Counted from the stretch's first letter, positions 25,031-32,503 are shown. The stretch: 33,106 nucleotides of DNA from an uncultured Candidatus Saccharibacteria bacterium (GCA_964500855.1 CAZCQK010000002.1:6728-39833); one strand, 5' to 3'. The notes: generated by a model from the sequence alone, not told the origin. Numbers and translations: made by a program.

Positions 25031-26516
25031 TTATTTTTATTCTGTTGTTTTAGGATTTATTCTTGGTATTGCCCTTGGAAGTTTGGGACTACTTACTTCT
25101 CTATATACTTTGGTTTTGGTTATATGTGTTGGTGTGTTTTGCTTCCTATTGCTTCATAGCAAGGTAAAGGCGAGACCCAAAGCCCATATAATACTCATGC
25201 TGACTGTGGCTCTCGGCTTTGCTTCGCTTGGTGCTATGAGAGTAGGGGACTTTAATAAGGTAAAGGATTTGAGATTTGATGGAGAAGTCGGTAGTCACAT
25301 CAAAGTTCTTGGTACTCTAAAGGATGATTATGATGCGAGAGATCGGAGCTTGATTGTTACGATGGAGGCTTATGAAGTAAACGGAGAAGTCTTTGATACA
25401 CAGAGAACGGATGTGATAGTTAAGTCAGAAGTTTCTGATTTGAGATTTGGGCAGAGGGTGCTATTTGATGGAGTGCTTGAGAGGCCCAAGAATTTTGATA
25501 ATAAATTTGATTATGTGAGTTATCTCAATAAGCAAGGTATAAGGTATGTATTGAATGATGCACACCTAATCAAAGCAAAGGAACGCACTCTAAATATCTA
25601 TTCAATACTTTTTGATACAAAGAAATGGTTCATCCATAATATTGAGAAGTTAGTGCCTGAGCCGGAGAGTGCGCTTGCTTTGGGAGTGACTATTGCTGGT
25701 AAAGGTTTGTTACCTAGTGATGTTAAAAATGACTTTGTTAATGCGGGGCTTATTCACGTGGTGGTGCTTTCTGGATATAACGTATCTCTAGTTATACAGG
25801 CTATGCTTCGGTCCCTGTGGTTTCTCGGGAGGAGGGCGAGAGTTGTGGGTGCGCTTATTGGAGTCATGGTGTTTGTGATTATTGTGGGTGCGAGTGCGCC
25901 CGTACTACGCTCTGCTATTATGGCGAGCATTGTGCTTATTGGCGCATTGAGTTATACCAAGGTGGCTCAAAACAGAGCGCTGTTTGTTACTCTATGCATC
26001 ATGATGCTTTCTAATCCACTTGTTATACTTGATGCCTCATTTATTCTTTCTTTTCTTGCTACGTTTGCGATTGTGAATGTTGTGCCTGTTATCACCCCTT
26101 TGCTTTCTAGAGTGACGAGTAGATTTAAAATCAAAGAGACTTTAGCAGAGACTCTTGCTACTCAGTTATTCGTCGCACCTTACTTACTATTCGCATTGGG
26201 TAGGGTATCACTTATTGCGCCTCTATCTAATCTAGTCATACTACCCATGATACCTAGTATTATGATGCTTACGTTTGGCCTCAGTCTTATTTACTTTATC
26301 CCTCTCATCTCTACTTTGACTGCCGGAGCTTTATTTATTGTTTGCTTTCTAGTTATTCGGCTTGTTGGATTATTTGCTTCAATACCGCTTTCTTCTATTG
26401 CTTTTAGTATTAACTTTTGGTTGATGGCAATGATATACATTATATACCTCGTCTTTATTTATATGATAAACAGAAGAAGGTTGCATACCAAAAGCAAAGT
26501 AGTAACATTAGGTTAG
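25011..26516 (+). CDS. comEC: ComEC/Rec2 DNA-uptake channel: OB (DUF4131-like) and competence domains only
   Basis: N-terminal TM helices, an OB-like soluble segment, and a polytopic competence domain with GLIHVVVLSGYNVSLV. There is no beta-lactamase domain. It overlaps the rnhA 3' end by 20 nt. Confidence 0.85.
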   Translation: MSSPNTNYFYSVVLGFILGIALGSLGLLTSLYTLVLVICVGVFCFLLLHSKVKARPKAHIILMLTVALGFASLGAMRVGDFNKVKDLRFDGEVGSHIKVLGTLKDDYDARDRSLIVTMEAYEVNGEVFDTQRTDVIVKSEVSDLRFGQRVLFDGVLERPKNFDNKFDYVSYLNKQGIRYVLNDAHLIKAKERTLNIYSILFDTKKWFIHNIEKLVPEPESALALGVTIAGKGLLPSDVKNDFVNAGLIHVVVLSGYNVSLVIQAMLRSLWFLGRRARVVGALIGVMVFVIIVGASAPVLRSAIMASIVLIGALSYTKVAQNRALFVTLCIMMLSNPLVILDASFILSFLATFAIVNVVPVITPLLSRVTSRFKIKETLAETLATQLFVAPYLLFALGRVSLIAPLSNLVILPMIPSIMMLTFGLSLIYFIPLISTLTAGALFIVCFLVIRLVGLFASIPLSSIAFSINFWLMAMIYIIYLVFIYMINRRRLHTKSKVVTLG

Positions 26517-26518
26517 CC

Positions 26519-26596
26519 ATGAATCCGATCTACATCACATTGTTCGTCATGGTCTGTCTCATCCTGTTTCCTCAACCTGCGCCGGAAGGGATATGA
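26519..26596 (+). CDS. Possible 25-aa hydrophobic micro-protein (MNPIYITLFVMVCLILFPQPAPEGI)
   Basis: The ATG lies 2 nt after the comEC stop. One TM-length hydrophobic stretch. A terminator follows. Locally higher G+C. No homology is assessable. Confidence 0.25.
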   Translation: MNPIYITLFVMVCLILFPQPAPEGI

Positions 26597-26606
26597 CCAA
26601 TGTCGC

Positions 26607-26639
26607 CGAGGTCCAAATGGGCCTCGACTTCTTTATTTT
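26607..26639 (+). terminator. Terminator after comEC and the micro-ORF
   Basis: Stem cgaggtcc (26607-26614) / gggcctcg (26619-26626) with a plus-strand G-U, 4-nt loop, then acttctttatttt. Confidence 0.5.
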
Positions 26640-27223
26640 ATAGCCTCCATGAAGCGCTTTCCGCTGACTTCTTGATTTGTTGCGTAGGTATATGACTCTA
26701 CGTACTTTTTCTTCTCTCCCGGAGTATAGTCGAATAAGTAAGAGTGTTCCCACATATCTACTCCGTAGATAAACGTGAGTCCGTTTAGGTGGCCCAGGTG
26801 TTGCTCATCTACCCAGTTTTGGACCAGATGTTTTGAGACTGGATCATACCAAAGTACCGCCCAACCAATACCTCGAGTCATGCAAAGTGTTTTGAAACTC
26901 TCAAACCACTTTTCTACGCTACCGAAGTCGGCAACTATCTGTTGGTTTAGAGGGTGGCTATCGTCTAGTGACTTATGACCACCTTCGAGTTGTTCGAAGT
27001 AATACTCATGATTGCGCATGCCATCGAACTCAAACGCAAACCTTCGAGATAACTCACCTAAGACGTATGCGTTAGTAGTAGGGTCGGCGCTGTATTCCTT
27101 TATCTTCTCTTGGATTAAGTTCGCATGTTTTACGTATCCTTGATAGAGCTTCATATGCTCTTCTATGGTCTTGTTACTTATTCCTTCTACTTCCTTAATA
27201 TCAAATGATTTTGGTTCGAACAT
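26633..27223 (-). CDS. Fe/Mn-family superoxide dismutase
   Basis: The metal-ligand context HMKLYQGYVKH, NHEYYFEQL and VDMWEHSYLFDY fits the Fe/Mn SOD fold. 196 aa. Confidence 0.88.
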   Translation of the reverse strand: MFEPKSFDIKEVEGISNKTIEEHMKLYQGYVKHANLIQEKIKEYSADPTTNAYVLGELSRRFAFEFDGMRNHEYYFEQLEGGHKSLDDSHPLNQQIVADFGSVEKWFESFKTLCMTRGIGWAVLWYDPVSKHLVQNWVDEQHLGHLNGLTFIYGVDMWEHSYLFDYTPGEKKKYVESYTYATNQEVSGKRFMEAIK

Positions 27224-27250
27224 ATGGTTTGCTTAGTTTCTAATTTGATA

Positions 27251-27264
27251 AGTATTATAATACT
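27251..27264. promoter_or_regulatory. Palindromic AGTATTATAATACT carrying a TATAAT on both strands
   Basis: A 14-bp perfect palindrome between divergent sod and the MBL gene. The plus-strand TATAAT at 27256-27261 is 7 nt from the ATG at 27269. Confidence 0.5.
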
Positions 27265-27268
27265 TCTT

Positions 27269-28123
27269 ATGGTGATTAGTCGCAAAGTCTCTCTTTGGTG
27301 TCTTGTTGCTCTTATTTTGCTTAGTTTTGGTCTTTATGTTATCTCACGCAACTCTTTCCCTAATCTACTTCGAGTCTCTTTCCTTGATATTGGCCAAGGG
27401 GATGCCATATTCATCGAGGCTCCGAATGGTTCGCAGTTTATTATTGATGGTGGACCAGATAACAATCTTCTCAAAGAGCTCGGTAAGGTTATGCCGTTTT
27501 TTGATCATACGATTGACGGCATTATGGTTACCAATGATGATAGTGACCACTACTCTGGGTTTATTGGAATGCTTGATAGGTATAGTACTGCTATTGAGTT
27601 TGAGTCAGGTACTAAGAAGGAGTCTACTTTATTTGATCTTTATAAAGACAAGTTGAGTAAACATGGAGTTAAGCAACTTCTAGCCAAGCGAGGAATGCGA
27701 ATTGTTTTGGATAAGGAGAGTAAAGTCTACTTGGATATTATATTTCCTGATAGAGATGTTTATAATCTTGCTACTAATGATGGGTCTATTGTTGCGAAGC
27801 TTGTTTACGGTGATACTTCCATCATGCTTCAAGGTGATTCTCCGTCTAAGATAGAGCACTACTTAGTCGGTCAGGGTATAAATCTCAAGGCGGATATTCT
27901 AAAGCTTGGTCACCACGGCTCTCGCACATCAACGAGTGAAGAATATGTTAGGGAAGTAGATCCTCGGTACGCGGTAGCAATGCTCGGAGCATCCAATCAT
28001 TATGGATTCCCTCATAAGGAGACGCTTAGTACTCTAAACAATCTCAGTATACCGTTTCTTCGTACTGATTTGATGGGGACTATTACCTTTATATCCAATG
28101 GTACCTCGTGGAAGGGGCTCTAG
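27269..28123 (+). CDS. Membrane-anchored metallo-beta-lactamase-fold protein (ComEC C-terminal nuclease-like domain)
   Basis: TM helix, then VSFLDIGQGDAIFIEAPNGSQFIIDGGP, DSDHYSG and LKLGHHGSRTS, as in the Lactamase_B domain of full-length ComEC. ATG 27269 preferred, because the ATG at 27224 abuts the sod start codon. Confidence 0.8.
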   Translation: MVISRKVSLWCLVALILLSFGLYVISRNSFPNLLRVSFLDIGQGDAIFIEAPNGSQFIIDGGPDNNLLKELGKVMPFFDHTIDGIMVTNDDSDHYSGFIGMLDRYSTAIEFESGTKKESTLFDLYKDKLSKHGVKQLLAKRGMRIVLDKESKVYLDIIFPDRDVYNLATNDGSIVAKLVYGDTSIMLQGDSPSKIEHYLVGQGINLKADILKLGHHGSRTSTSEEYVREVDPRYAVAMLGASNHYGFPHKETLSTLNNLSIPFLRTDLMGTITFISNGTSWKGL

Positions 28124-28866
28124 ATAAGCTTCCAGAGAGAATCAAATATTGAGAGTTGGGTGTTATATATACCGCTATCTTCTATTATGAGTCCGTGAGG
28201 AATATTTGATTTGGTGATTGAAATCATTGCTACCTTGCCTCCATAAATCAGGGTATATGTTGGAGCACTTTCCTTTTTTGATATCCACTTTCGCTTATCT
28301 CTACCTTGCTCGCTTCCACCTGCTCCACTTGCGATTGTGCGAACGCTTATTTTGCGTCTTATTCTCTCATCTGTGAAATTTGGGAACGCATCCTTGTGAT
28401 ATAGAAATGGTCTTACTGATGATGATGAGTAGACTGAATACTCCTTGCTCTTACTTTCTTCCATAGTGTCTAGTACGTCCCCTAATATGAACTTTACTCC
28501 TTCGTATCCTTCATAAAACTTTACAACAGGTCTTGCTGTTACTGCCTTAAGTGATGATAGGGAAGGGATGATTTGGTTTAAGCTTCTACTTGTTTCTTCT
28601 AGTTCTGACTTCCTGCGTTCTACTATTTGAGTTAGAGCCTTTGGATCTTCTGCGAGAAAGTGCTGGTGCTTAGCTTTGTGATAATAAGATACTAACCCTT
28701 CCTTTTGGAGAGTCTTTAGTGCCTCGTATGTAGATCCGCGATTTATGCCTGATGCTTCTGCTATCTTTCGGATTGCGGTTGGGCCCAGAGAAAGTAGGGA
28801 AAGGTAGACTTTGATTTCCTTTTCGTTTAGGCCGAGACCCTTTAATGTTTTATCTAAATTATTCAC
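28120..28866 (-). CDS. TrmB-family transcriptional regulator (second copy)
   Basis: GLNEKEIKVYLSLLSLGPTAIRKIAEASGINRGSTYEALKTLQKEGLV is an HTH paralogous to the 836..1639 product. GTG start. Overlaps the MBL gene end by 4 nt. Confidence 0.8.
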   Translation of the reverse strand: MNNLDKTLKGLGLNEKEIKVYLSLLSLGPTAIRKIAEASGINRGSTYEALKTLQKEGLVSYYHKAKHQHFLAEDPKALTQIVERRKSELEETSRSLNQIIPSLSSLKAVTARPVVKFYEGYEGVKFILGDVLDTMEESKSKEYSVYSSSSVRPFLYHKDAFPNFTDERIRRKISVRTIASGAGGSEQGRDKRKWISKKESAPTYTLIYGGKVAMISITKSNIPHGLIIEDSGIYNTQLSIFDSLWKLI

Positions 28867-28904
28867 GATTTAAGTATATCATTTTTAACATATTATACTG
28901 ATAT

Positions 28905-28924
28905 TGTCACTAATTTCTGTGACA
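28905..28924. promoter_or_regulatory. Operator-like inverted repeat TGTCA-N10-TGACA (site 1)
   Basis: tgtca 28905-28909 / tgaca 28920-28924, AT-rich spacer. Lies just upstream of the minus-strand TATAAT (28897..28892) of the TrmB gene. Confidence 0.5.
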
Positions 28925-28978
28925 TTATGAATAATAATAACCACGTATTTAAATATAAGGATATTTATGCACACATCT

Positions 28979-28998
28979 TGTCATAAATTTTATTGACA
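28979..28998. promoter_or_regulatory. Operator-like inverted repeat TGTCA-N10-TGACA (site 2), overlapping the -35 of the kinase promoter
   Basis: tgtca 28979-28983 / tgaca 28994-28998. Promoter: TTGACA 28993-28998, 16-nt spacer, TACAAT 29015-29020, ATG 29031. Confidence 0.5.
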
Positions 28999-29030
28999 AT
29001 ATATTTGATTTTCGTACAATTGACTTAGGT

Positions 29031-29951
29031 ATGATAGTGACATTCGGTTCTTTGAATCCGGAATTCACAGGGACGTTTGATACTCGCGGTGGTGCTGAGA
29101 AATTGGCACTTATCGAAAGTAGTCTCACGATTGCAGGGACATCTGCGTGTGTGGCTAAAGCTGCTAATCTAATCGGCAGTCAAACTCTGACAATAGGGTT
29201 TGTTGGCCCACAAGGCAGTTTGGAGTCGCAAATGCTCGGGTGGGCAATTATGCAATCCGGCCTGAATTTTAAGCTGATAGAAGCACTTGATCATACAAGT
29301 TTTGCTTTCCTTCCTATTGATATCGCATCGAAGCGTAATCGATTGGCTGGGAAGAGAGGGCTTGTTGTTGAGAGTATGGTTCAATCAGTTTCGAGTCAGG
29401 TGGGTGATATAGTAGCTTCGTGCCCAGATGCATTTGGTGTTGCAACTGGTTTGAGATGTTCGGAGATTCCTTTTGCTAAAGCGATCTATAAAAGCACCGT
29501 AAGAGGCAAGAGGGTTCTTTCTCCTAATCGAGAGCTGTGTGCAAAACTAGACGAAAGTCTTCTTGGTGAAGTGGATTGTTTGGTGCTTAACGAACTCGAG
29601 TTCGAAAGCACTTCTCAAACCATTGGATCATTAAGAGATTTGGGTCCACGAGTCGTGATTGTAACAAAGGGCAGGAAAGGAGGAGAAGTGTTGCTTAACG
29701 GTTTCTCAAGTGGTTCGTATGAACCATTTGTTATGACTGAGCGAGAATCCCCGGGAACTGGCGATTGGTTTTTGGGGGCACTGCTTGCATACTTCGACAA
29801 GTTTTCCTTGTCTTTTGATACGGTTCAAACCGATGAGCTAGGCGAGGCTCTTAAGTTTGCGGCAACCGTAGCAGGCTATAAAGCCCAGTTCTACGGAAGT
29901 GCTAAAGGTCCTGAAAGTGAATTCCTACAGAAGCTTATTCGCCAAAGCTGA
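29031..29951 (+). CDS. PfkB/ribokinase-family carbohydrate kinase
   Basis: LVLNELEFE, VVIVTKGRKGG and the nucleotide-binding-type motif PGTGDWFLGALLAY. Confidence 0.8.
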   Translation: MIVTFGSLNPEFTGTFDTRGGAEKLALIESSLTIAGTSACVAKAANLIGSQTLTIGFVGPQGSLESQMLGWAIMQSGLNFKLIEALDHTSFAFLPIDIASKRNRLAGKRGLVVESMVQSVSSQVGDIVASCPDAFGVATGLRCSEIPFAKAIYKSTVRGKRVLSPNRELCAKLDESLLGEVDCLVLNELEFESTSQTIGSLRDLGPRVVIVTKGRKGGEVLLNGFSSGSYEPFVMTERESPGTGDWFLGALLAYFDKFSLSFDTVQTDELGEALKFAATVAGYKAQFYGSAKGPESEFLQKLIRQS

Positions 29952-29956
29952 TTTGA

Positions 29957-29988
29957 CCACCCTCTTGGGTGGCCATTTTATTTTATTA
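29957..29988 (+). terminator. Terminator after the kinase gene
   Basis: ccaccc (29957-29962) tctt gggtgg (29967-29972), followed by ccattttattttatt. Confidence 0.5.
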
Positions 29989-30592
29989 AATCTTCCAAAT
30001 AGTCTATCGAATCTATCACTTCAAACATTTTCGCTACTTCTTCGTAGTCTAGATTGAGATCGGGTCTCTTGCATACCACGTACTTAATATTTGGGAAATG
30101 CTTTTGGATTTCTAGGGTCTCATCTACGTTATCATTAAATATATATACGTTACCGCTCACTTCTATGTTCCCGATTATTTTCTCTTTATTACTCGTGCAT
30201 ATTACAATATCGCTTCCGAATATTTCTTTTACTCCTGATCTCTCTAATTTTAGATTCTGGAACTTCTCTGTGCCCTTTGTGAGGAGAATAGTCTTGTGGC
30301 CAGAAGCTTTCAAATTATTTATAACCTTTGCCACGCTTCCTTTAAGATGTTTCTTTAAATCTAATCTATCGAATTGTTCAAATATCGCGCTATCTATCTG
30401 GAGTCCAAGCTTCCTAATCTCATCTACATGACCCTTGAAGTCATAATTATTGAAATTAGCTTTTCTATAACTTTTCTCAGCTTCCTCTAGTGTTTGTTTA
30501 TCTGCATGTTTAAGTAGTAGGGAATCAATCGCATCCTTAAAATCTCTCGTGTTAAACAAAGTGTGGTCGAAGTCGAATATGATTGTGGCCAT
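29978..30592 (-). CDS. HAD-superfamily hydrolase
   Basis: Motif I IIFDFDHTLFNT (DxDxT), LLTKG motif II-like. 204 aa. A minus-strand TATGAT (30604..30599) lies 6 nt upstream of the ATG. Confidence 0.85.
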   Translation of the reverse strand: MATIIFDFDHTLFNTRDFKDAIDSLLLKHADKQTLEEAEKSYRKANFNNYDFKGHVDEIRKLGLQIDSAIFEQFDRLDLKKHLKGSVAKVINNLKASGHKTILLTKGTEKFQNLKLERSGVKEIFGSDIVICTSNKEKIIGNIEVSGNVYIFNDNVDETLEIQKHFPNIKYVVCKRPDLNLDYEEVAKMFEVIDSIDYLEDLIK

Positions 30593-30615
30593 GAAGGTAT
30601 CATAGATTAAATTTT

Positions 30616-30646
30616 ATAAAAAAGAAGGTCCCGCCTGAGCGGGAAC
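30616..30646 (-). terminator. Terminator closing the small 30668..30910 transcription unit
   Basis: Minus strand: gttcccgc tcag gcgggac, followed by cttctttttt. Confidence 0.55.
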
Positions 30647-30667
30647 TAAAGTAGACTGGCGACGCCA

Positions 30668-30910
30668 TTACACCAATACCATGCCGTCACGACTGACAAC
30701 GAGAGCCCTGCGCTTACCCTGCCTTACTGGTTCAAAGTAAGTAGGGACGCTAATCCCGAGGATTGCTTGGAGTCTCCAAGACGCATAGAGTGCCTCTGGC
30801 TGAGACAATCTACTGGCATCAATTCTGGAACGCATAAGCAATTCCTTGGAAACTGACATTGGTATTGCTGACAATGTGAGATTTACATCAGAAAGGACTA
30901 GTGTGAACAT
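30668..30910 (-). CDS. Small hypothetical protein (80 aa from the second ATG), higher G+C
   Basis: ORF bracketed by two terminators. The promoter TTGACA-16-TAGTAT places the ATG at 30910 exactly 7 nt after the -10 box. The track ATG at 30919 overlaps that -10 box. No family recognised, and a non-coding RNA is not excluded. Confidence 0.45.
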   Translation of the reverse strand: MFTLVLSDVNLTLSAIPMSVSKELLMRSRIDASRLSQPEALYASWRLQAILGISVPTYFEPVRQGKRRALVVSRDGMVLV

Positions 30911-30917
30911 AGGACCC

Positions 30918-30945
30918 ATACTAGCCTCAGTTTGATATTTGTCAA
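30918..30945 (-). promoter_or_regulatory. Promoter TTGACA-16-TAGTAT
   Basis: Minus strand: TTGACA (30945..30940), 16-nt spacer, TAGTAT (30923..30918). Sits immediately downstream of the rpmB terminator. Confidence 0.5.
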
Positions 30946-30977
30946 AAAAGCCCCGCGCTTTTGCGCGGGGCTTTGGA
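30944..30977. terminator. Strong GC-rich terminator after rpmB
   Basis: gccccgcgc (30950-30958) tttt gcgcggggc (30963-30971), flanked by A-runs and T-runs on both sides. Confidence 0.75.
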
Positions 30978-30983
30978 CTTTCT

Positions 30984-31223
30984 TTAGATTATTCCGGCCT
31001 TTTTGAGAGTCTTGAAGGCGCCGTTTTTGTTGATTGTTTTGATACCTCGAGCTGAGAGTACTAGAGAGACAGTCTTTTGGAGCTCAGGGATATAGATACG
31101 CTTCTTCTGGAAGTTAGCGCTTCTTCGCACCTTTCCGCAAGGGTTAAACTGAGTCGCACGTGTGCGGTTCGAGTATTTACCTCCTACTTGAGATGATTTC
31201 TTTGTTACTGGGCAGATTTTCAT
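30984..31223 (-). CDS. rpmB: 50S ribosomal protein L28
   Basis: MKICPVTKKSSQVGGKYSNRTRATQFNPC... 79 aa, with the basic composition and pattern of L28. Confidence 0.85.
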   Translation of the reverse strand: MKICPVTKKSSQVGGKYSNRTRATQFNPCGKVRRSANFQKKRIYIPELQKTVSLVLSARGIKTINKNGAFKTLKKAGII

Positions 31224-31346
31224 TTGAATGGGTAGACAGTATTTAGTAGTTGGTATTCAGTATCAATCAAGACTTATCTTCACTGATTACTGTATACCCT
31301 ATACTATATACTGATTGCACCGCATGCTATCATATGTGTTACAGCT

Positions 31347-31964
31347 ATGCAACAGATACAATTAATTTTCCAAATCGCGGTCATTATAATATCAATAGTA
31401 GCCCATGAGCTTTCTCACGGATATACAGCCTATTTCCTTGGTGATAGGACGGCTAAGTACGCAGGACGGTTAACCATAAACCCAATAAAACACATGGAAT
31501 TATTTGGTTCTGTGATTGTGCCGATATTATCCGTTGCTTTGGGAGGTATTGTTTTTGGATGGGCGAAGCCAGTGCCATATAATCCGTATAATCTCAAGGT
31601 GGCTAAGTATGGAGAAGTTCTCGTTGCTCTCGCAGGGCCTGTTGCTAACTTCGTGATTGCCTTGGTGTTTGCGCTTTATATACGATTTGCTTCTGTCGAT
31701 ATTAATTCTCCTTTGGGCCAGATCTCATCACTTATCGTTTTGGTTAACCTTACTTTGACGTTCTTTAATCTGATGCCCTTACCTCCGCTTGATGGGTCTA
31801 AGATACTGTGGGGGATTATGCCTTATAAATGGAGTGCCCTTAAGGCTACCTTGGAGCGCAATATGATAGCCTTCATGCTTATTGTTATCTTGTTCGTGTC
31901 ATTTATTTTGGACCCTTTGGTCATCTCAATGTTTAAAATAATGACAGGTCATCAACTCAACTAG
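31347..31964 (+). CDS. Site-2 protease family (peptidase M50) membrane metalloprotease
   Basis: HELSHG zinc motif in the first TM region, a [14 protein letters not shown] second motif, and a polytopic architecture. Confidence 0.85.
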   Translation: MQQIQLIFQIAVIIISIVAHELSHGYTAYFLGDRTAKYAGRLTINPIKHMELFGSVIVPILSVALGGIVFGWAKPVPYNPYNLKVAKYGEVLVALAGPVANFVIALVFALYIRFASVDINSPLGQISSLIVLVNLTLTFFNLMPLPPLDGSKILWGIMPYKWSALKATLERNMIAFMLIVILFVSFILDPLVISMFKIMTGHQLN

Positions 31965-32035
31965 TAGGGGGTCTTGCGTTTATTCGTCACTTGTATTACA
32001 TTATCGGGGATCCCGCTAAGGGATTTTTAATTTAC

Positions 32036-32452
32036 ATGCCTACAGTAAACCAACTCATAAAAAGAAATAGAAAGACAAAGAAGGCTAAGCCAAAGGCTGC
32101 GGCTCTTCGTAAGGGTTTTAACGTTTTGAATAACCGCCCTACATTTTATAATGCTCCATTTAAGAAGGGGGTATGTACTAAAGTAACAACCAAGACTCCA
32201 AGAAAGCCTAACTCAGCTATTCGAAAGATTGCTCGTGTTCGACTATCTAACGGAATGGAAGTTACTGCTTATATCCCTGGTGAAGGTCACAATCTCCAAG
32301 AACACTCAGTGGTAATGCTACGAGGTGGAAAGGTAAAGGACGTAGGTCTTAGATACACAATCGTAAGAGGAGTACTAGACTGCGCAGGAGTAGAGAAGAG
32401 ACGAAAGGAGAGAAGCGCTTACGGAACAAAGAGACCAAAAGCAGCTAAATAA
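32036..32452 (+). CDS. rpsL: 30S ribosomal protein S12
   Basis: [13 protein letters not shown].., [19 protein letters not shown]-type core. ATG 32036 preferred over the TTG at 31991 in the track. Confidence 0.92.
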   Translation: MPTVNQLIKRNRKTKKAKPKAAALRKGFNVLNNRPTFYNAPFKKGVCTKVTTKTPRKPNSAIRKIARVRLSNGMEVTAYIPGEGHNLQEHSVVMLRGGKVKDVGLRYTIVRGVLDCAGVEKRRKERSAYGTKRPKAAK

Positions 32453-32503
32453 TATTAATTAATGTGGAGTATTCCTCATTTGAGGGAGAATTAAATACAC
32501 AAC

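Noticed and set aside
32001-32035. A hairpin atccc-gctaa-gggat followed by ttttaattt in the rpsL 5' region, considered as a ribosomal-protein leader or attenuator.
   Set aside because: The stem is only 5 bp and overlaps a trivial gggatccc palindrome. It is too weak to call without comparative data.
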